Origin: Candidatus Bathyarchaeia archaeon
GTDB lineage: Archaea > Thermoproteota > Bathyarchaeia > Bathyarchaeales > Bathycorpusculaceae
Assembly: GCA_049512935.1 (NCBI GenBank)
Contig: JBEKWR010000023.1
Coordinates: 1-32,010, forward strand
Direction of reading: 5' to 3'
Length of the DNA stretch: 32,010 nucleotides
Under the pieces are notes generated by a model. It worked only from the letters and a program-made list of their open reading frames with translations, was not told the origin of the DNA and did not search any database. Shown piece by piece: positions 27,570-32,010 of the stretch; the stretch's first letter is position 1, and every line of letters starts with the position of its first letter. Both the position numbers and the translations under genes were made by a program.

Positions 27570-28129
27570 GTCCCTCCTGTGACAAGCGATCCAATGTTGT
27601 TTATCTGGGGGATTTGGATGTTGATTCCGCCAAAGTTAACGGTCACGTTCTCCAAGGAGATGTTGAGGTTGCCGCTTTGGTATTCAGCTTCAAGCTGGTT
27701 AATGGCGCTTTGACTAAGGGTTCCCGTAGCGTTTATTATTCCACTTGCACCTGGAGCTATGTTGATCGGCTGTATCGACACGTCGCCTAACGGGGTGTTG
27801 TTTTCACCGACTACCTCGGCTGAAAAATGGTTGATTGAAATTTGACTGGTTAACGGATTCGTGAAGTTAAAGGGGTAACTAAACGCTCCCGTGGCTGAGT
27901 CATACTGCGGTTGCCCTATAGCTTGGGGCATCTGAAAGTGTGATATTGACTGGGACAGCTGGGATGATGACTGCGAACCGTTGGAGCCTCCGCCGCCCAG
28001 CAGGTCTTGGAATTGGGGGGGAAGAACTATACCGATCGGGTTATTTCTGTAAACGTAGGCGAGACCTGCTATGGGAGCAACTACGATCGCTATGGAAAGG
28101 ATTGTTAAGGCAATCTTGACTTTATCCAA
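27566..28129 (-). CDS. Membrane-anchored protein, LEA-2-like
   Basis: N-terminal TM; FNFTNPL...LGDV...INIAPG beta-sandwich pattern. Confidence 0.7.
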   Translation of the reverse strand: MDKVKIALTILSIAIVVAPIAGLAYVYRNNPIGIVLPPQFQDLLGGGGSNGSQSSSQLSQSISHFQMPQAIGQPQYDSATGAFSYPFNFTNPLTSQISINHFSAEVVGENNTPLGDVSIQPINIAPGASGIINATGTLSQSAINQLEAEYQSGNLNISLENVTVNFGGINIQIPQINNIGSLVTGGT

Positions 28130-28330
28130 ACTTTACCCCTGGTCGATGTTTATTCAGCGCTTACGCCTATTAATTTTTTCGTAACAAGAATTCAGTCTTT
28201 CAATCAACTTTCCCAGATAATGCCATTTCGTACGTAAACTATTTCGGGTAAATTCTTCAACACATATTTCGCGCACAGCCACAATCCATTAGCTTCCCCC
28301 TCAAAACTTTCATGAATCTGCAACGTCGAA

Positions 28331-28410
28331 AAAAGGACGGAAAGCAACGGGAAAAGTCGGGAAGGGTCAGGATGGGTCGTTTTAGGTCGGAAAGGGTCGA
28401 AATGGGTCGT
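28331..28410 (+). repeat. Degenerate 10-bp tandem repeat (NNNRGGTCGN)
   Basis: gaaaagtcgg gaagggtcag gatgggtcgt tttaggtcgg aaagggtcga aatgggtcgt, preceded by two weaker units. Confidence 0.6.
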
Positions 28411-28549
28411 GACTTACCAACGCTTCAAGTCCCAAACAAGCCAAGCAACCCAAAACACAAACAACAAAAAACACAAAACCCCAAACCCAGAATCTCGACC
28501 CAGCAGCATCAGCTTTAATTAGAAATGGAGCTTGCGACAAACAAAGCAG

Positions 28550-29245
28550 CTATGTCTCCGCGCGCGTCTTGTCCTTATACGGTGTGCTTAAAACCTCTTT
28601 CACCTTGTTAGTTATCACTGGTCCAAGCCCATTCACAGATTTCGACCAATCATCCGCATTAATCAATGCGTTCAACGGCGTCTGGTAGGATTCAAGAATA
28701 GCCACTGCCTTTTCCCTGCCGATACTGGGTAAGCTAGCAACGAAATAGACCTGAGCATCAGAAACCGTCTCGCACTTCTTGAACGCATGAACCACGGGGC
28801 TTCTCTTCTCAACGATCTGCTCCTGCCTAGCCGCGGTGTAGAGGAAATCAACTGTTTCCTTCATGGACGCCGTGTTGACTATCGCGATGCCGTTCTTCGC
28901 CAGGTTGAACATGGCTCCCCAGATCGCGCTCGGCTGGATGTGGCTAAACTTGTAGATTATAGGCAGGTAACCCTCCAAAACAATAAGCGACTTCGGGTAG
29001 GCGTCTTTAAGCGTGAAAAGCTGCTCGAAAAGGTACCGCCTAGTCAGGGTGTAGACGAAGTCGTGGACGGTTTTGCGTTCAACGGCGCACTGGTCAGAAA
29101 GCACGTAGTCGCCTTTCTCAAGCATCTGCGTCTTCACGTTGACGCCGCGTTCAACTAAGCCTTTAACAATTTTTGCCGCACTGCTGGCTTCACGGCTATC
29201 CACAATGATGGTGGGTTCTTCGCCAGCCTTCTTCTTTTCGCTCAT
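28550..29245 (-). CDS. xpf: Short-type XPF/ERCC4 structure-specific endonuclease
   Basis: IIVDSRE, GDYVLSDQCAVERKT..DF, C-terminal HhH motifs (LPSIG, VNGLG); start reassigned to MSEKKK. Confidence 0.88.
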   Translation of the reverse strand: MSEKKKAGEEPTIIVDSREASSAAKIVKGLVERGVNVKTQMLEKGDYVLSDQCAVERKTVHDFVYTLTRRYLFEQLFTLKDAYPKSLIVLEGYLPIIYKFSHIQPSAIWGAMFNLAKNGIAIVNTASMKETVDFLYTAARQEQIVEKRSPVVHAFKKCETVSDAQVYFVASLPSIGREKAVAILESYQTPLNALINADDWSKSVNGLGPVITNKVKEVLSTPYKDKTRAET

Positions 29246-29390
29246 GTATGGAAGCAACGTTTCAGTTCCCGACACACCAATCAACCCTAAAGTTAACGTA
29301 TCCACAACTGCAGGCTTATTTCACTTACGCTCCGCTCACAGACTTAGCCAACTTAAGAGGAAACAACTGCGCGCGTCTTTATCTTGCAAG

Positions 29391-30116
29391 TTACGTTTTC
29401 TGCGGAAGCGACAAGGTCTTGCCTGTAAACGGCAGCATAATCAAAACCGCGGTTTGCGGCGTCGCCTCCTTGACTTTCTGCTCGAAATCCCGCTTCTGCT
29501 TGTCTGACCCATGCATCGCGATGGCAACGTCGGGTTTAACGTCGGCAACCATTTTGAAGGCGTCTTCAGGCGTCGCCGTCGGAGACATCCCGCCAACGGG
29601 AACAATAGCCACCTGCGAAAGGTAGCCTTTGAGGTTTACGTAGCCCGAGTCGCCCCCGTGAAAAACCGCCACACCACCCATTTTAATCTGATAAAGCATT
29701 ATTGGACCCCTATGGATTCCTTCAACAGCGCTTACGGTTACGTCGCCGAAACTGTATGTTTTCCCTGACTCAGCGGTTGCAAGCTTTTCAGCGGGGATTT
29801 TGCCTTTCAGTTTGTTCGCCACTTTGGCCTCTGCTAGTACAGCAGCGCCTGTGGCTTTGAAGATTTTTTCAGCTTTGCCAGCGTTGAAATGGTCAAGATG
29901 ATCATGCGTGAAAAGCAGCAGGCGCACTGCCTTTAACGCTTTTACCTCGTCGTCTTTCAGGAAACCTGCTGGGTCAACAATTACGGTTTGGTTCGCCGCT
30001 CTTATAACGAAGCCCGAAACGCCAAGATAGAAAACCGCAAGATCCCCCTCCTTGAGGGGCGACGCAAAAAACTGGACTATTTCCTCAGCTTTGCTTTGCC
30101 TAAACATGCAGATCAC
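29391..30116 (-). CDS. MBL-fold metallo-hydrolase
   Basis: THDHLDH, FHGGDS, AMHG. Confidence 0.92.
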   Translation of the reverse strand: MICMFRQSKAEEIVQFFASPLKEGDLAVFYLGVSGFVIRAANQTVIVDPAGFLKDDEVKALKAVRLLLFTHDHLDHFNAGKAEKIFKATGAAVLAEAKVANKLKGKIPAEKLATAESGKTYSFGDVTVSAVEGIHRGPIMLYQIKMGGVAVFHGGDSGYVNLKGYLSQVAIVPVGGMSPTATPEDAFKMVADVKPDVAIAMHGSDKQKRDFEQKVKEATPQTAVLIMLPFTGKTLSLPQKT

Positions 30117-30299
30117 ACTCTCTCTGTGAACAATCGGTATAAAAGCTTAATCATCGACAAAAAGCGGAGTAGAGGCAGCATGGTCAATTGTCAAGCCAGC
30201 CTACGTTGAAAATGAAAAATTGACGAATGAGCAAAGCTAAGAAAACGTGAACGCCAACCGACACCACACGCAAACACAGTTGCCTTTGCTGACAACGAT

Positions 30300-30464
30300 T
30301 TACTCGTATCTTACCAAGAATAACGGTTTTTTTGCCTCTTTTCGTCTAGCTTCCAAGGGCACATCTTTTAGCGAAATGAAATTGAACTTTTCATGCATGC
30401 GTTCCTTTTTATCCTTGTAAAAATCTCTTTCGAGCACGCAGAGCTTTTCGCTTTGGTAATCCAT
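30300..30464 (-). CDS. Possible small hypothetical protein (54 aa)
   Basis: MDYQSEKLCVLERDFYKDKKERMHEKFNFISLKDVPLEARRKEAKKPLFLVRYE; GGTG upstream and a TATATAT box at about 30505. Confidence 0.4.
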   Translation of the reverse strand: MDYQSEKLCVLERDFYKDKKERMHEKFNFISLKDVPLEARRKEAKKPLFLVRYE

Positions 30465-30661
30465 AAATCCACACCGTCACAAAGAAACTCATCAAGATCG
30501 GATATATACAATTGTGACTGTCTAGTGACAACAACAAGTGTCGGTTTATAAGAGCACGTGAAGATGGAAAAACGCTTGTTCTGCCGTAAATGGCTAAGAA
30601 ATCGCAAGTTATGTTGAAAAATAATACAATATTAACAAAAATAAAATGGAAGAAGTGGGGT

Positions 30662-31957
30662 TTACGGTCCCTTTTTAGTTATTTCTTTTATGACGCCTGC
30701 AGCAACTGTGGTGCCCATGTCTCTGATTGCGAAGCGACCTAGCTCTGGGAAATCCGCGTATGTTTCGACTGCGATTGGGTGCAAGGGTTCCATTCGTACC
30801 AACGCCGCGTCTCCAGTTTTAAGGAACGCTGGCTTCTCTTCAGTTGTTTGGCCTACGGTTTTCTTTATCAGCTCGGTGAACCTGCATGCGATCTGTCCCG
30901 TGTGGAAGTGGAGCACTGGCGTGTATCCTGCCGCGATGGCTGTTGGGTGGTATATGACGATGATTTGACCGATGAACTCTTTGGCTACTGTTGGCGGGTT
31001 GTCAACGGGTCCTGCTACGTCGCCTCGGTGAACGTCGGTTTTCGCTATGCCTCTAACGTTCATGCCGATGTTGTCGCCTGGCTCTGCAATTGGGATTTGT
31101 GAGTGGTGCATTTCTATTGATTTAACCTCGCCTGTCTTGTTGCTTGGCATAAAGATGACGTTCTGTCCCGCTTTAAGAGTGCCTGTTTCAACTCGACCGA
31201 CTGGAACTGTGCCGATGCCTGTGATGCTGTAAATGTCTTGAATTGGGATGCGCAGGGGTTTGTTAGTTGATTTAGGCGGTACCTCAAGAAGGTCTAACGC
31301 TTCAATCAAAGTTGGACCAGAGTACCATGGCATTTTATCGCTTTTCTTCACCAAGTTGTCGCCTGTCCAGCCTGAAACGGGTATAAAGTTGATTTTCTCT
31401 ACTTTGAAGCCTACTCTTCGCAGCATTCTTGAAACTTCATTCTTTATTTCTTCGTACCTGTCCTTGCTCCAGTTAACCGAGATGTCATCCATCTTGTTAA
31501 CTGCAACGATTAATTGGCGAATGCCTAAAGTGAACGCTAGGAACGCGTGCTCCAGTGTTTGACCGCCTGGACCGATGCCTGCTTCAAACTCGCCTTTCTT
31601 GGCTGAGCAGAAAAGCACGGCGGCGTCGGCTTGGCTGGCGCCTGTAATCATGTTTTTGACGAAGTCTCGGTGTCCTGGCGCGTCGATGACTGTGTAGTTG
31701 AATTTCTTGGTTTCGAATTTCAGGAACCTGAGGTCGATTGTGACTCCTCTTTCCCGTTCTTCTTTGAGGTTGTCGAGGACCCAGGCGTACTTGAATGTGC
31801 CTTTGCCCATTTTTTCGGCTTCTTCCTCGAAGGCTTTGATTGTCCGCTCGTCGATTGCGCCTGCTAAGTAAAGAAGGTGACCTGTGGTTGTGGATTTTCC
31901 GTGGTCAACGTGCCCCATGATGATGAGGTTTAAGTGGGGTTTTTCTTGTTTGCTCAT
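30662..31957 (-). CDS. tuf: Translation elongation factor aEF-1alpha
   Basis: GHVDHGKST, EERERGVTID, DAPGHRDFVKNMITGASQAD, NKMD, LGRFAIRDMG. Confidence 0.99.
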   Translation of the reverse strand: MSKQEKPHLNLIIMGHVDHGKSTTTGHLLYLAGAIDERTIKAFEEEAEKMGKGTFKYAWVLDNLKEERERGVTIDLRFLKFETKKFNYTVIDAPGHRDFVKNMITGASQADAAVLFCSAKKGEFEAGIGPGGQTLEHAFLAFTLGIRQLIVAVNKMDDISVNWSKDRYEEIKNEVSRMLRRVGFKVEKINFIPVSGWTGDNLVKKSDKMPWYSGPTLIEALDLLEVPPKSTNKPLRIPIQDIYSITGIGTVPVGRVETGTLKAGQNVIFMPSNKTGEVKSIEMHHSQIPIAEPGDNIGMNVRGIAKTDVHRGDVAGPVDNPPTVAKEFIGQIIVIYHPTAIAAGYTPVLHFHTGQIACRFTELIKKTVGQTTEEKPAFLKTGDAALVRMEPLHPIAVETYADFPELGRFAIRDMGTTVAAGVIKEITKKGP

Positions 31958-32010
31958 TTTTTCTTCCTCTATTAATCTTACCTAATTTATGAATTCGTTA
32001 ACACATCAGT

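Noticed and set aside
28312-28518. 68-aa ORF spanning the 10-bp repeats
   Set aside because: The repeat period is not a multiple of 3 and the product is low-complexity; likely non-coding.

Overview
Archaeal chromosomal window. The archaeal-type LeuRS, aEF-1alpha, short XPF and gene style suggest Bathyarchaeia or a related TACK lineage (inference). Housekeeping genes (leuS, rnhA, PMM/PGM, M50-CBS protease, XPF/ERCC4, tuf) flank two accessory regions. The main discovery is downstream of an intact tRNA-Pro(CGG) gene (26666-26743, minus strand): five degenerate, same-orientation copies of that tRNA (about 25534, 24012, 22838, 21562 and 19001) divide about 7.7 kb into 1-2.5 kb gene cassettes. Cargo includes an MNT-HEPN toxin-antitoxin pair, a PD-(D/E)XK-like nuclease, a wHTH protein and zinc-finger proteins. 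No integrase is present in the window, so this looks like an integron-like, tRNA-anchored cassette array. One copy carries a 33-nt BHB-type intron at position 37/38 that the resident tRNA lacks. Others carry a compensated, foreign T-arm. A second AT-rich island holds an AbiE-like wHTH + nucleotidyltransferase pair with a 19-bp inverted-repeat operator next to an SRP-RNA-like fragment. Several small ORFs missing from the ORF track and candidate non-AUG (ACG/ATC) starts were also seen. All calls are by eye; no searches were run.
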